From Carcharhinus longimanus (lineage: Eukaryota): DNA of 64,000 bases. The first letter of the stretch is position 1; each line of letters begins with the position of its first letter. The DNA lies in the NCBI GenBank assembly GCA_030264375.1, contig JASCQW010000098.1:64568008-64632007 (forward strand). The letters run 5' to 3'. Below, in pieces: positions 50,422 through 63,560 of the stretch. Made by a program: the position numbers and the translations under genes. The notes below the pieces were generated by a model. It saw only the letters and a list, made by a program, of their open reading frames with translations, did no database searches and was not told the DNA's origin.

Positions 50422-51621
50422 ATGATCTTTAATACTTGATCACTTTTTACATAAATAATTAATTCAAATGAATAAGAAAAGATTTGCCAAAAATAGGAAA
50501 TGCATATTTCTGACTTCTAAAGAAATGTAATTAATATAGCAGTGCCTCAATGGGAAAACTCCAGTTAACTTTCATGTCCTCCATAATAAGCGAAAACATG
50601 AACCAAGGTCCATGCTTCTGGATTCTATTTGGACACCTCTGGAGGAAAATTCACATGTGTTGATAGAGACAAGAAAAATATTATGTTTGAATGTAATACT
50701 GATACAGGTTTACTGGACTCACAACAATATGCACTTGGAACTGTAGCCATCTGTGGAACCATGCTTGCATGTGAGTTTAAACAATATTGATTGTGATGAT
50801 GAATGTGGCCATATTGATATGGCTTGTCCTTCACGAGTTGTTTAATTGATACAATTTCCTCTGGGGGCTAAAAAGATGAGGAAGGTCCTTTCCGTTTTCA
50901 AGACTTTGATTAGATTTGGTGAGATTGTATGCCTGACCCAAGAAGAGGAGGATTAATGTAAACTCCAGTGCTTGTGAGCTAGCAGGAACGTAGATGGACA
51001 TTTAGCATACGTTGTTTTAAAGATCACTATTCCCCCGCAACAGTTAGGTCAAACATACATATTTCTTGGACTCAAGCTGTATGTGAAAGATGCTTGGATA
51101 ATCTTTAAGATTTTTGTGGCTAACAATCATTACTAGTATCCTGGGAAAGAAGTCTGAAGGAATTGTTCATGCCTCAGTCTGTGTTTCCCCAGAGTATTTT
51201 ATTTCAAAACATTCTTGATATCAGCAGTGGTATAAATGATTGGGAGGTTGATACAATAATGGCTATTTATTTGGATCGTATAGTAGTCAGGAGGATTTCC
51301 CGTAAGAGATCAACAGGGATCCTTGTAATAGGATCTTTGATTAAAGTTGAATGTAGCTTTACCCTTGTGCTCTTTGATGGCCAGGTTTCCATCAGAATGT
51401 CAAAAAGGCTATTGTGCTAAACTTGCAAAATTATACCTTGGTAGATGCTAGCATAAATCCAATCCCAAAAATGTGACATTTAGCAGTTTGGTATTAAGCC
51501 TTCTTTTACAAGTTTCCTATTATAACTGCTTTATAATTCAATTTAATTTGCTTTTTAATATCTGAAATTTCCAATGTTTCAAAATTGTGGCTAAAATGTT
51601 CTGTCATTTCTATTCTTAAAG

Positions 51622-51804
51622 GGCATAGACGTGAAGTCCATGGGCCGGATTTTCATTGGTTTGGTGAAATGTGGTGCGTGGGGCTGTTTTGATGAGTTTA
51701 ATCGTTTAGAGGAAGCTGTACTATCTGCTGTTTCTATGCAAATTCAAGCTATCCAGGATGCTTTGAAAAATCACAGAAGATTTTGTGAACTGCTAGGAAA
51801 ACAG
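51622..51804 (+). CDS. DYNC2H1: DYNC2H1 exon (183 nt), AAA1 Walker B
   Basis: ttaaag|GGC...CAG|gtatat; [38 protein letters not shown]. Confidence 0.97.
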
Positions 51805-53600
51805 GTATATTGTTTCTGTCATGTCAGTTTTTAAGTTCACACGTTAGAAAATGTAAAACAAAAACTAAGTTCGTTAACAACTGCCACACAGCAGAAGATA
51901 AATGGGTTCTTTTATTATATATAGCGAATACACAAGCAACTACTGTGAAATAGTCAGTAAGAAATATATGTTGCAAAGAAAATGTGCATGTCAAATGTGA
52001 AACTCCAAATGGATCTTGCATGGAATAAATCCATATTTGCTCCTATTAACTTACTTTGGCATAGTTATTTTTGGAATATATATAGCTAATGGAATGTGTT
52101 GAACCTTCGATTGACTTCTAAAATTTCAAATGTTGGTCGTCGGCCCTAAATATGAGGGATACCTTTCCCTTTATGACTATTGACTTCTGTCATCACCGCA
52201 TGGAAGATTTTACTTCAGTATGTTCCAGTAGCTATATTTATCTTTTGTGACAGATGGTATTAGGTGGAAATAAAAATATAACTTGTGTTTTCCACCCAGC
52301 ATTTTGTATATAGTTTGATCTAGGTTATCCCATAATTATTTTTCTCTCATCATTGATTGTAATTCTAGTGTTTTTGGAAAAACAAGGATTCAACTTGGGA
52401 ATGCGTAAGAAATAGGCTGAAGCATTAGAAGCAGCATGTACTTGTTTGGGACTTATATCTGTACGCTGAGGGCTGCGCTCCAAGGATTGGCATTGAGACA
52501 CCACCTCCTTCTGATTTGCATTACTAACTGGCCAATTTTGCAAATAACCCCAAACTCTGGAAACAATAGAATCTGAGGCGGTCGCATGAGAACCACGAAA
52601 TTGGTTCTACAAAATATGTAAATAGATTAGCATTTTAACTGTTGGTGCAAATTTTCAACACATAATAAGAGTAGATAACTGACCCATGATTGTTGCCTGA
52701 AAAATTAAGAAACTGAGAAGTAAATTCAAAGGTCTTTAAGTGGTTCGCGTGCCTATCAATTCAGAAGTTAATCCTTTAAATCCTGATATTCTGGTAAACT
52801 TGCTCTGTATCCCCTTTCAATATATACTTCATGTGTTTTAGTGCCCCAAACTAAATGCAGAACTCTGGGCATCTTTTTCCCACCCCCAACTAATTAATTA
52901 CCCAGTCATGTCACATTGTTACATCCATTTTCACCTGCTTTCATTTTTGCTAATAATCCCTCGTGCCATTGAGCATTGGAGTACTTTTGGAAAGCACTAT
53001 AAAGTATAGTAAAGCAAATTTGTTGAAGAGTGAGGTAATGCAGATTTTCTATAGAGACATAACACGGATGAGCTAACCTCTTTCTGTTTTATTTCTGATG
53101 AAAAATAACCAGGAAGATGCTGCTCAAAGTTGATTTAATTCTCTGTAAGGGGAAGTAATTTATAAATATAAAATTATTTTATCCACACAGCCAACATCTT
53201 AGGGCACTGAAAATTTCATTGCATACTTTAAAACTATAATTTGTTTTTGCCTAATGTCATAAAATGATACAACATTGCTAATGCTGTGTGCAACTGTCAA
53301 CCTTGAGGACAAATTATTAACTCTCTGATTTCTATATTGACTATGAATTACTAAATTGGACATTACTTTTTTTTATTTTCCATCCCCCATCCACTATGCA
53401 ATCCCTTACTTTCCTAAATAAATCTGTACAGCACAATGAAAGCATATAGTAATATGTTGTTCCATTGTAGTTTATAACTGTTCCAAGGTTTGCAATTCAA
53501 CAAGAGTGGCATCACAATATATGTGTAATTATTTTTCTTTAAACTAAAATCTCACTCTTTTGGTGCATGATTTTATAAATCAGCGTATTTGTAATTTTAG

Positions 53601-53824
53601 GTTGATCTTGATCCAAACTCAGGAATATTTATCACCATGAATCCAGCTGGAAAAGGTTATGGAGGACGACAAAAACTCCCCGATAATCTGAAACAACTTT
53701 TTCGACCTGTTGCCATGTCTCGACCAGATAATGAACTTATTGCTGAAGTGATTCTTTACGCAGAAGGATTTAAAGATGGCAGCATATTGGGCAGGAAATT
53801 AGTGGCCCTCTTTAATCTGTCCAA
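53601..53824 (+). CDS. DYNC2H1: DYNC2H1 exon (224 nt), AAA1 sensor region
   Basis: ttttag|GTT...AA|gtatgt; SGIFITMNPAGKGYGGRQKLPDNLKQLFRPVAM. Confidence 0.97.
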
Positions 53825-56556
53825 GTATGTATTAAAGTATTGCCATTTTCTTTTTAAGTGAAATGAAGGTTGTTGTCAAAGCTTGAACCAAAAGTCGAAC
53901 TATATCCATCTAGTCGGACTATTGTTGACATAACAGCAGAGTAGGATAGCAAAATGATCAGTTCAATACATAATTTGATATACTTTGCGTAATTGTACAC
54001 TAAGTTTGTGTTGTATATGAAGTTTACTGAAGATCATATTGATGTATCATAAGACAACACATAAGTGACCTTATATTCACCTAAGCATTTTTTTCATGCA
54101 GTGTTAAAAATTTTGGGTTGCACATATTATAAATCTGCACATAATAAATTGCATTATTGTAAGGCACTATGGAAGAGTAAGCAGAACAGGCAGAGTGAAA
54201 AATTAAACATTAGGAGCAGTGTCCATAAGCTTGGTCAGAAAGTTTAATTTTAAAAAGATAAAAGGGGTTTAGGAGAGATTCCACAATGTATAGCTAAGTT
54301 GTTGATGATGATGTGAAGGAAAAACAATTAGAAGAAGCTGGAATCAGAGAAGATTGAGGTTGCTATACAGAAGGAGTTTGTAGAGCTAGAGTATGTTATA
54401 GAGAAGTAGAATTGAAGCTATTGAGGAGTTAAGATTATTAAAATCTATTAAGATTAAATTTATAATTTCAGGCAATGGGAAACCAGGAACCAATCTAGGT
54501 TGGGTGAGAACCAGTGTGATGAACAAGCAGCGGCCTGGTCTGGTACGGGATATGTGTGCAGAATTGTGAATGAGTTCAAGATTATGGATGGTAGGAGGTG
54601 ACAAAGATGAGGCAAAGAGGTTGAGGGTGGATTTTTGAGGTTGGTCATTGATGCTTTGAAAGCTCGGAGGATTAACATTTGACAGAGGAAAGCATTTATG
54701 GAATCTGTTGAAATAGGCATCAGGAAGGGCAATCGTGGATGAGAAATTAAATAGGAATTTGATTAAGGGAATAGAAAGTAAGTTGTATAATTAAGATAAA
54801 TGTGGAGATTGTGGAAGCAGGTGATGGAGAAGAAGCAAGGCAGAGGTGATGATTCAGGGATAGGTTAGGAGCGGACTGGCTTATTGGGAAAGGAGTAAGA
54901 AGAGAGCTGCTGAATGGTGGCCTTCTCATTGAAAGTAAAGAAATCTGTTAGCTATTCGTATTTATTCAAGGTAAAGAGGAGGGATATAGGGAAAGTCCTC
55001 AATGAAGAGTTTTTTTATTGATTCGTGGGACATGGGCATTGCTACCTGGACAGAATTTATTGCCCATCCCTAGTTGCCTGAGGGCAATTGAGAGTCACCA
55101 TATCGCTGTGGCTCTGGGGTCATATATCGGCCAGATCAGCTAAGGATGGTAGATTCCCTTCCCTAAAGGACATTAGTGAACCAGATTAGTTTTACTGACA
55201 ATCGACAATGATTTAATGGTCTCAGTTGAGGAACTGTTCCTTTAAATTTGAAATTTCACATGTTACTTCACTCTTTTATGAAGGTGAGAGATAAAAACCA
55301 GAGAATTATAGACCAATTACTTTAACATCTGTTGTTAGGAAATTGCTAGAATTAATGAAAGAGTGACCAAGTACTTTCAAGAGACAAGCTATAGTACAAA
55401 GAGATAATGAACACATGCTGATATTGGCAGGTTGCGATGACTGGTATCACAGAGCTCTTTCTAATTAAACATATCCTTGCACACGCCTTTCCCTTTTGCG
55501 GAATAGTGGGGAAGTTGTGAAAGGATCCCTGAACTGTTCATCAGCCTGTTGAACGTGTTATGAATGCTTCTTCCATGGTCAACAAGTCCTGACTTTGGAC
55601 TTGAACCTGGAGTTGATGGTTTTGGTTCAGAGGTAGAGACATTTACAACTGTGCCACAAGGCTTTCCTGGCTCTGTGCTAGAGCATGAACTATTCATTAT
55701 ATCTGAATGATTTGGATGACAGAATAGAGAGAAACATGTCCAAGTTAGCCAATTTAAGAGCAGGATTTTCACGGAGTTGGAGAGACTCAGCACAGAGTAT
55801 GGGTGCCGGCTCGTATGGCTCAAGTCCATGAGCTGTACTTCTGAATTGGTTATTTCTGCTGCATGGATAGGCATCTCCTAGCCCTTCCAATACTTTGTAT
55901 TATAAAATTGCAGCACTTATGATGAGACAAGGGATGGAATCTTGGGGTCTTGCTGGTGGCAAGCTTTAACATGAGTAGGGCATGTAATTAGGCAGGATGG
56001 TGGTGTACTGAAATCCCACTACCTTCCTACCTCTGCCAGAATTGAGTTCTGGGCAGGAAAGTCCATGGGTAACCTTCTCACCCCAATGCCTATTGAGGCC
56101 CTCGTGGCCAATTAGTGACCACTTAAGTGCCTCATCTTGCCAATGCTCGCGTTAACCCAGTTGCTGACAGGCCAGTTGACATGTGATGTGCATAGCAGAT
56201 AAAACTGTGTGCCCTGCTTGTTACCTCTAGAGATGGTGGAGGGGGTTCCAAATACACTCAGTATCTCACAAAGGGAATTGATATTGGTTGGGGGGAGGGA
56301 AGTGGTTATCACTGAAAGCCCTCAATACCTCTCTCTGCCCACCCTGGCCTGATTGTTCTATGATTCTGGAAGTAGATGATTTTTTCTGTTGCAGCCACCA
56401 CCTGCCTTGTGGCGCTGCAGAGCACCAGAGCTGCTGGCCTCTGGTGAGACTGCCTCCTCTGGAGTCTGATTCCCAATTCCTGATTGGTTTGTGGTTCAGT
56501 GGATCTTCCTGAAAATTGCCACACCCACTGAAAATTACCATCTTCCCAGTTAAAGC

Positions 56557-56831
56557 AAAGTTTATTTATGAGTCACAAGTAAGGCTTACATTAACACAGC
56601 GATGAAGTTACTGTGAAATTCCCCAAGTGTCCACAGTTCGGTACCTGTTCGGGTCAATGCACCTAACCAGTACTCTTTCAGATTGTGTGAGGAAATCGGA
56701 GCACCCGGAGGAAACACACGCAAAACGTGGGTAGAAAGTGCAGAGACCAGACAGACAGTGATCCAAGCCGGGAATCGATCCGTGGTCCCTGGCATTGTGA
56801 AGCAGCAGTGTTAACCACTGTGCCACCATGT
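56557..56831 (-). mobile_element. V-SINE with type B tail; tail-only fragments at 57352-57467 and 5228-5264
   Basis: AAAGTTTATTTATGAGTCACAAGTAAGGCTTACATTAACAC...GGAGCACCCGGAGGAAAC...GCAGTGTTAACCACTG. Confidence 0.88.
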
Positions 56832-57012
56832 TAGTGGTCAAGATTCTGAAAAGCTCTACAAGTTCCACCCAAGGCCTCATTACTGAATTGGTCTGTGGAA
56901 CTGAATGCCTCAAAATAAATGACTAAAAGCCCCCAAATATAATGCCATGATAAATAGTCCATTCTCCTAAATTCAATTCTTTATTTAAATTTTGTTTATG
57001 ATGAAATTTCAG

Positions 57013-57122
57013 AGAGCTTCTGACGCCACAGCAGCACTATGACTGGGGTTTGAGAGCACTGAAGACAGTCCTCAAAGGCTGTGGGAATCTGCTTCAACAA
57101 CTAAAGAAAAGCAAAAGAAAAA
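57013..57122 (+). CDS. DYNC2H1: DYNC2H1 exon (110 nt), last exon visible
   Basis: tttcag|A...A|gtaagt; [27 protein letters not shown]. Confidence 0.95.
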
Positions 57123-59154
57123 GTAAGTACTCAGTAGTTTTCAACAAAGCTACCTAGCATCTGTGTAAGTGCAGGAAAATGTATTATGATTGACAGCTAG
57201 ATTTTCATGTATTGTGTTTGAAGAAAAGTGATCAATAAAAATGTGCAAATGCTAGAGATGCAAAATTAATGGTAATACGTAGCAAGTTCTTTAGTATTTG
57301 TATGTAGACAAGTTCTGTTGGCACGATTCATACAAACACGACTTAAGGTACTTAAAGTTTATTTATTAGTCACAAGTAAGGCTTACATTAACACTGCAAT
57401 GAAGTTCCTGTGAAATTCCTCTAATCGCCACAGTTCGGTGTCTGTTTGGGTCAATGTACCTAACCTAATGAGAAATAGGAGCCAGAGTAAATCATATGGC
57501 CCCTTGAGCCTATTCTGCTGAGCTTTTGCCTGAATTCCAGCTTCTTGCTGCACTCCATGTTAATTGTATATTAATTATATTTAATTGAAGCAATGGGGAT
57601 TCACTTGTTCTGCAAATAGAAACAAACTGAAAATGTGGTTGTTGAGTTAGGAGATGCCTGCTTATAATCTGTACCACTATAAATAAATGCAAATAATTGT
57701 TTGTATAGGTAGTCTTTTTACTTTTGTCCTTCACCACTTGACTTTCTGGAATATACCATCCCAAATATCTTGATTCCCTCTCCATCTATACAGCCAAGCA
57801 TATACTCAGTGATGAAGCATACATAACCCTCTAGGGTAGAGAATTCTAAAGATTCACATTCTTCTGAATGGAGAGTGTCTTTCTCAACTCAGTGCTAAAA
57901 GATCAACTCCTTATCCTGAGGCCAAGTCCCTTCGTTTCAGATTTCCTGACTAGGGGACCTCAATGTCTACCCAATCAAATCTTGGGGAGGAAGACCCCGT
58001 TGGATCAGCTGTCTGCTGCCTTGAAAATATTACTGGGGAAACAGTAATTACTCTCAGAGTTTGTGGAACACATGGGACATTCCATGGTGCCACAAAGAAT
58101 AGAGGATTGCCAGATTTCAAAAGTGTGATGCCCAGATGTCAGTACAATGGCGGGAGGGGGGGTTAAGATTGGTGAATTTGGATGAAAAATATGCAGCATA
58201 TCTGGCTATAACAGCAGAAACAAAATTGGAACAGTAGTAATAAGCAAATTAATCCCAGGAATCCTGGGATTAATAAGAACTTCAGGTGAAACTCGAAGTA
58301 TCATTATGCAGTGAACTATCCAAAGTAGAGAAGCAGGTTCCTTAAAACATCACATGACAGAATTTGGAGGAAGGAGATAATAATGAATCTCAACAAATTA
58401 TACTGGTTACAAAGTGTTTTATTTCTGTGAAGAATGTGTTAGCCACTGACTCATTTAACTATGCAATACTATATAATCCCTCACTTTGACAGTTTGTGGA
58501 ACAGTTTCATTAAAATGCTATCTATATTTAATAATTAGCAAGGACTGACAAAATGTTTTGTTTAATTCATGGGATGAAGGCATTGCTGGCTGGACCAGCA
58601 TGAATAGCTCATCCCTATTGCTCTTCAGAAGGTGGTGCTGAGCTGTCTTCTACACCCACAATGCTGTTACAGAGGATATAAGTGACATTGAAGGAACCGT
58701 GATATGTTTCCAAGGCAGGTAGTGAGTGACTTGGAGGGGAACCTCCAAGTGGTGATTACCCTTCGAGATGATAGTGGTCATTGGTTTGGAAGCTGTTGCT
58801 GAAGGAAACTTGGTGAGCTCTTGCAGTGCATCTTGTCGAAGGGGCACATGGCTGCCACTGTTCGTCAGTTATGGACGGAGTGAAGGGGTAGCAGTCAAAT
58901 GGGCTGCATTGCCCTGGATGGTGTTGAGCTTCTTGATTGTTGGTGGAACTGCACTTATCCAGGCAAGCGGAGAGTATTCCATTACAGTCCTGATTTGTCC
59001 CTTGTGGGTGATGAACAGGAGGTGCGTTACTTGCCACAAGATTCCTAGCCTTTGAACAATATAAAAGCGTGAATTGTTTTAGATTTGGTGACAGCAATAC
59101 ATTAGAGTCATTGAAGAGAATTGTAATGCCATGTGAAATAAATGAAGTATTATA

Positions 59155-59463
59155 AAATCATAGAATTCCTACAGTACAGAAAGAGGCCATTTAGCCCATC
59201 AACCACAATTGCACCCAACGCCTATCCCTGTAGTCCCAGATATTTACCCTGCTAGTCTCCTGACATTAAGTGGCAATCTAGCATAGCCAATCCAATAACC
59301 CACATGTTTTTGGACTGTGGGAGGAAACCGGAGCACCCGGAGGAAACCCACACAGACATAGGAAGAACGTGCAAACTCCATGTAGACAGTGAGCTGAACT
59401 AGGAATCGAAGCCAGGTCCCAGGCGTTGTGAGGCAGCAATGCTAACCACTGTGCCATTGTGCT
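59155..59463 (-). mobile_element. HE1-like V-SINE (CR1-type tail)
   Basis: GGGAGGAAACCGGAGCACCCGGAGGAAACCCAC V-domain; head GCAATGCTAACCACTG. Confidence 0.9.
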
Positions 59464-59554
59464 ACACTGATGTAGTCTCCAGTGAAATCCTATGCTACTA
59501 AGTAAACCTTCAATGAAAAATGAAACTTGACAGAAGTTAATTATTTTTGGTAAG

Positions 59555-60860
59555 TAATTTGCTTGCACTTTACCCAGATTGCCAAGGTGATGCAAAGTGA
59601 TATGACATTGGATGCCTTTGGTGTCACCAACACACCGAGGAAGGCTGTGTATAAACTCCAGCTGTATTTGCTCTATATATCTTGGCATTGCTCCAACACA
59701 CGTTCAGAGATCTTGACACAGGAGTACACATTCACTTCAGGACTGACGGCAACGTCTTCAACTTAAAAACGCTTAAGGCTTGCACAAATGTTATTAAACA
59801 GCCACTGGCAAGTTCTGTTTGCATACAACAGTGCTTTTATAGCATATACTCTGGAGGATGTTCAGCTGTTTATTGTTTGTTTTTCCCTAGCCCCAGAACA
59901 CTTTTGACAATAGGGGTGGGATTTTATGTTCTTGCTCATCCTGAAACTGTAAAATTCTACCCGACGCCAACAGACCTTTCCATGGGGGGACCTTTCCACT
60001 CGGGGTCATGGCCTCAAAATAANNNNNNNNNNNNNNNNNNNNNTGAGGAGGAATTTCTTCACCCAAAGAGTTGTGAATCTGGAATTCCCTGGCCAGTGAA
60101 GCAGTTGAGCGTACCTCATTGGATGTTTTTAAGGCAAGGATAATTAAATTTTTGAACAGTAAAGGAATTAAGGGTAATGATGAGCAGGCAGGTTAAGTGG
60201 TGCTAAGGCCACAAAAAGATCAGCCATCACAGGGTACTTGGAAGTGCATGATAAAGTAGGCCAGATGGCCTACTCCTGCTCCTAGTTCTTATATTCTTAT
60301 GGTCTGTCTCTCGCCCACCACGATTCCCATGGCAGGTAGGACGGTAAAATTCTGGCCTAGGTCTGAGGAAGACAGAGGCCTTGTATCAACCTGTCCCTGG
60401 TCAGGTACTCCAAGATCCCAGAGTCACTATTAAAAACACACCTCCGTTCAGTAGACAGACTTTGCAATCTTGGGCATTTGGCAGGCTTGCTCACAGACTT
60501 TGGAAAGAGCATTTTGTCTCAGAACAGATATCAATGTCCACCAGATAGTGGTTCTTATGTCGCTTCTTTATGCCTGTGAGATTTGGGCAACCTACCACAT
60601 AAAGAAAAGCATCATCTCTATCTGTGATCCATTTGCTGCATCAAGTGGCAGGACCAAATCCTGAAAAAGGGCTGCATACCCAGCATTGAGAGCATGAGAG
60701 ATAAGTTTCTCTGGGTCAATCATGTGGTTTGCATGGAGGACTCTCAAACTTAGATATAAAAATAATCTTAAAGCCACCCTTGGGACTTGCAGGCTGGATC
60801 ACAATACACGGGGAAAAAACAACCTTCCACAGACCTAAATGGAGAAGTCTATGTTGTTAC
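59555..60860 (+). mobile_element. RTE-clade LINE RT relic carrying nested insertions
   Basis: GVHIHFRTDGNVFNLKTLKA; LTI|GLRKTEALYQP after removing the MITE; LLYACEIWATY. Confidence 0.8.
59914..60357. mobile_element. 127-bp MITE split by a CR1 3' fragment (about 59986-60302)
   Basis: TAG duplication at 59911-59913 and 60358-60360; halves of 72 and 55 nt align to the reverse complement of 9086-9212. Confidence 0.8.
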
Positions 60861-61087
60861 AAAGATATGTTATACAAAATATATTAATTTTTAACATAAT
60901 GGCTGGACATATTTTATATTGTCATCAGCTGGACATATATATAAAATTTTTCAAATAAAACATTTCTCCTAATCAAAGGGCACTGACCTACAGCAGCTAG
61001 TATATTGCACTTGTAAAGGACACAAACATCTTTATGGAGACATAGAGTCTATGGAGCTCTGAGACAGTGACTAAGATAGGCTCAGAT

Positions 61088-61772
61088 TGTCATGTGACCC
61101 AGCCCTTGGGTGTAAACTAAAATGGGTTTAAACTAACAGTCACAGAGACTACCATTGGGGTAACACCTTACCCCCTCTCCTTTTCTGAAACCATTCTTAT
61201 CAAAGCTGAACTGTTTGTGATTTGAAAACCCACCAGAAGACTTCATTGCTGCCAACTGAGAAGCCTCAAAGGAGAATTCCAAATCAACACATTGTCTCTA
61301 AGAGAAATGAGAATCAACCAGCCATGACTGCTCCAGTGAGAAACCCAAGCACCAACAGCTATTGTGAAACATGACCCTCCAGCTGTAAAAAATCATCTGG
61401 ACAATCCATGAATCTTTTTTTCCTGGGCCAAGTTTTAAAACCTGATACTGTGTAAAGTTTTATTTGTTTTTTTGCATGCTTGATGTGTTGTTCTTGTATT
61501 GGTAGGTAGTTGGACATGTTTGTTCATTTTAACCCTTAGTTAATTTATGCATTTTTACCTGAGTGAGTTTTAGCAATAAAACTAACTCCTTATTTGTTAA
61601 CTGAAGAAACATGGCTAGCTTATTTCTCACACCGAGCTACACAGAATTACGTATATATATAGTATATATTGAATTGGTAAAATCACTTTTTTAAATTCAG
61701 ACTCTATTATAACCAATGCAGGAGTGGAACAAAGTGGGGATTTACTTCACCCCTCCTTACTTGGTCAGAACA
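61088..61772 (+). mobile_element. Possible solo LTR
   Basis: TGTCATGTGACC...GGTCAGAACA termini, AATAAA at 61575-61580; no clean TSD. Confidence 0.45.
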
Positions 61773-62029
61773 CTATCATCAGCGATTTCAACATTTGAGG
61801 AGAACAAAGTCAATTCTTCAGGACAGGCGAGCATGATGCAAAGCCAATGCCTCCATCTATCCCTCCAATACTGACGTTATATGCAGTCTTTGCAATCAGT
61901 TATGCAAATCAAGACTTACTGTAATGTTACACATGAAATAATATAATCTGTAAACCATTTTTCTAACTTGCTGAGCACTCATCCATTTGTGGAGGACCCA
62001 CTAAAGACTTAATTTTATCCTCTTAATGT

Positions 62030-63560
62030 CAGATGTTACTCATCAGAGTATTAAACAAAAAATAAGGCATCAAGTGATAAAAATCAGAGAAAAAAAGCCA
62101 ATGCTCTTAAAATTACATAGACAATTTGTTCATCCTATTTATCAAAATTTACAAAACCTGCTGAAAGGTACAATCTGATTAATGAAAACTGTATGAGACT
62201 AAAATGTGATTAGTGAGAAATGTGAAAACTGTAATATCAATTGTCCTATTGTAAGTCTTTCATTGGTATGTAACTTTAACAAGGTAGTTGCCTTGGATTC
62301 AAAGGTATGTTACGAGGACAGAAATATTTTCATTTTACTTTTTTGTAGACAAGGTGACCAGATTTAATCTTTCTACAATATTACTCAATGACAAGAGTTA
62401 TTATAGAATATGGAGGGTGCCAGAGGACTGGAAATTAGCTAATGTAACACTGCTGTTTAAGAAGAGGGGGGGAGCAGAGGGGAAATTATAGGCTGATTTA
62501 GCCTGACTTTGGTCATTGGCAAGATTTTAGAATCCATTATTAAAGATGAGATCACAGGGTACTTGGAAGTGCATGATAAAGTAGGACCGAGTCAGCATGG
62601 CTTTGTCAAGGGGAGGTCATGTCTGACAAATCCGTTAGAGTTCGCTGAGGAGGTAAAAAGGAAGTTAGATAAAGGAGAACCAGTGGACGTGATTTATTTA
62701 GATTTCCTGAAGGCCTTTGACAAAATGCTACATAGGAGACTGTTAAATAAGTTAAGAGCTCATGGTGTTACGGATAAGATCCTGGCATGGATAGAGGATT
62801 GGCTGACTGGCAGAAGTCAGAGAGTGGGGATAAAGGGGTCTTTTTCAGGATGGAAGCTGGTGACCGGTGGTGTGTCTCAGGGATCAGTGCTGGGACTACA
62901 ACTTTTCACAATATACATTAACGATTTGGAGGAAGGAACTAAAGGCACTGNNNNNNNNNNNNNNNNNNNNNNNNNNNNNNNNNNNNNNNNNNNNNNNNNN
63001 NNNNNNNNNNNNNNNNNNNNNNNNNNNNNNNNNNNNNNNNNNNNNNNNNNAAGGGATGATCCTTTAAAACAGAGATGAGGAGGAATTTCTTCAGCCAGAG
63101 AGTAGTGAATCTGTGGAACTCTTTGCCACAGAAGGTTGTGGAGGCCAGGTCATTGACTGTCTTTAAGACAGAGATAGATAGATTCTTGATTAATAAGGGA
63201 ACAGGGCTTATGGAGAAAAGACAGGAGAATGGGGATGGGAGAAAAATCAGCCATGATTGAATGGAGGAGCAGACTTAATGTGTTGAGTGGCCTAATTCTG
63301 ATCCTATGTCTTATGTTCTTATGGACAAATGGATAGGGATTGGACTTGGGGCATCAGCGAAGTTTGTAACTGATAATGGAGGGATATTTGCAATGATGAG
63401 TTCAGAGACATGTGAAAACATGAACACAATGGTCATGAATGCCACAGCAGAAAGTTTCTTTCAGCGATGATTTATGTGAAAGGAATCATCTCGTGACTGA
63501 TGAAATGCTGCATAAAATTTAAATTATTAACAAGCTTGCAAGTTGGCAACTGTCTTCTGC
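62030..63560 (+). mobile_element. LTR-retrotransposon integrase relic (HHCC and rve), split by CR1
   Basis: LKLHRQFVHP...EKCENC zinc finger; FVDKVTRF; after the CR1: DKWIGIGLGASAKFVTDNGG...DEFRD...ERNH. Confidence 0.65.
62405..63322 (+). mobile_element. CR1 LINE RT and 3' end spanning a 100-N gap
   Basis: VPEDWKLANVT; QHGFVKGRSCLTN; VIYLDFLKAFDK; SQGSVLG..LFTIYINDL; RRNFFSQRVVNLWNSLP; TTCTTATG tail. Confidence 0.95.

Larger units (their letters stand above)
3374..57122 (+). other. DYNC2H1: Internal portion of dynein-2 heavy chain gene (29 visible coding exons; gene extends beyond both window ends)
   Basis: Spliced translation gives peptides such as [75 protein letters not shown] and MNPAGKGYGGRQKLPDNLKQLFRPVAM. 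These match vertebrate DYNC2H1 as recalled. All junctions are GT-AG with consistent phases. Confidence 0.97.
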
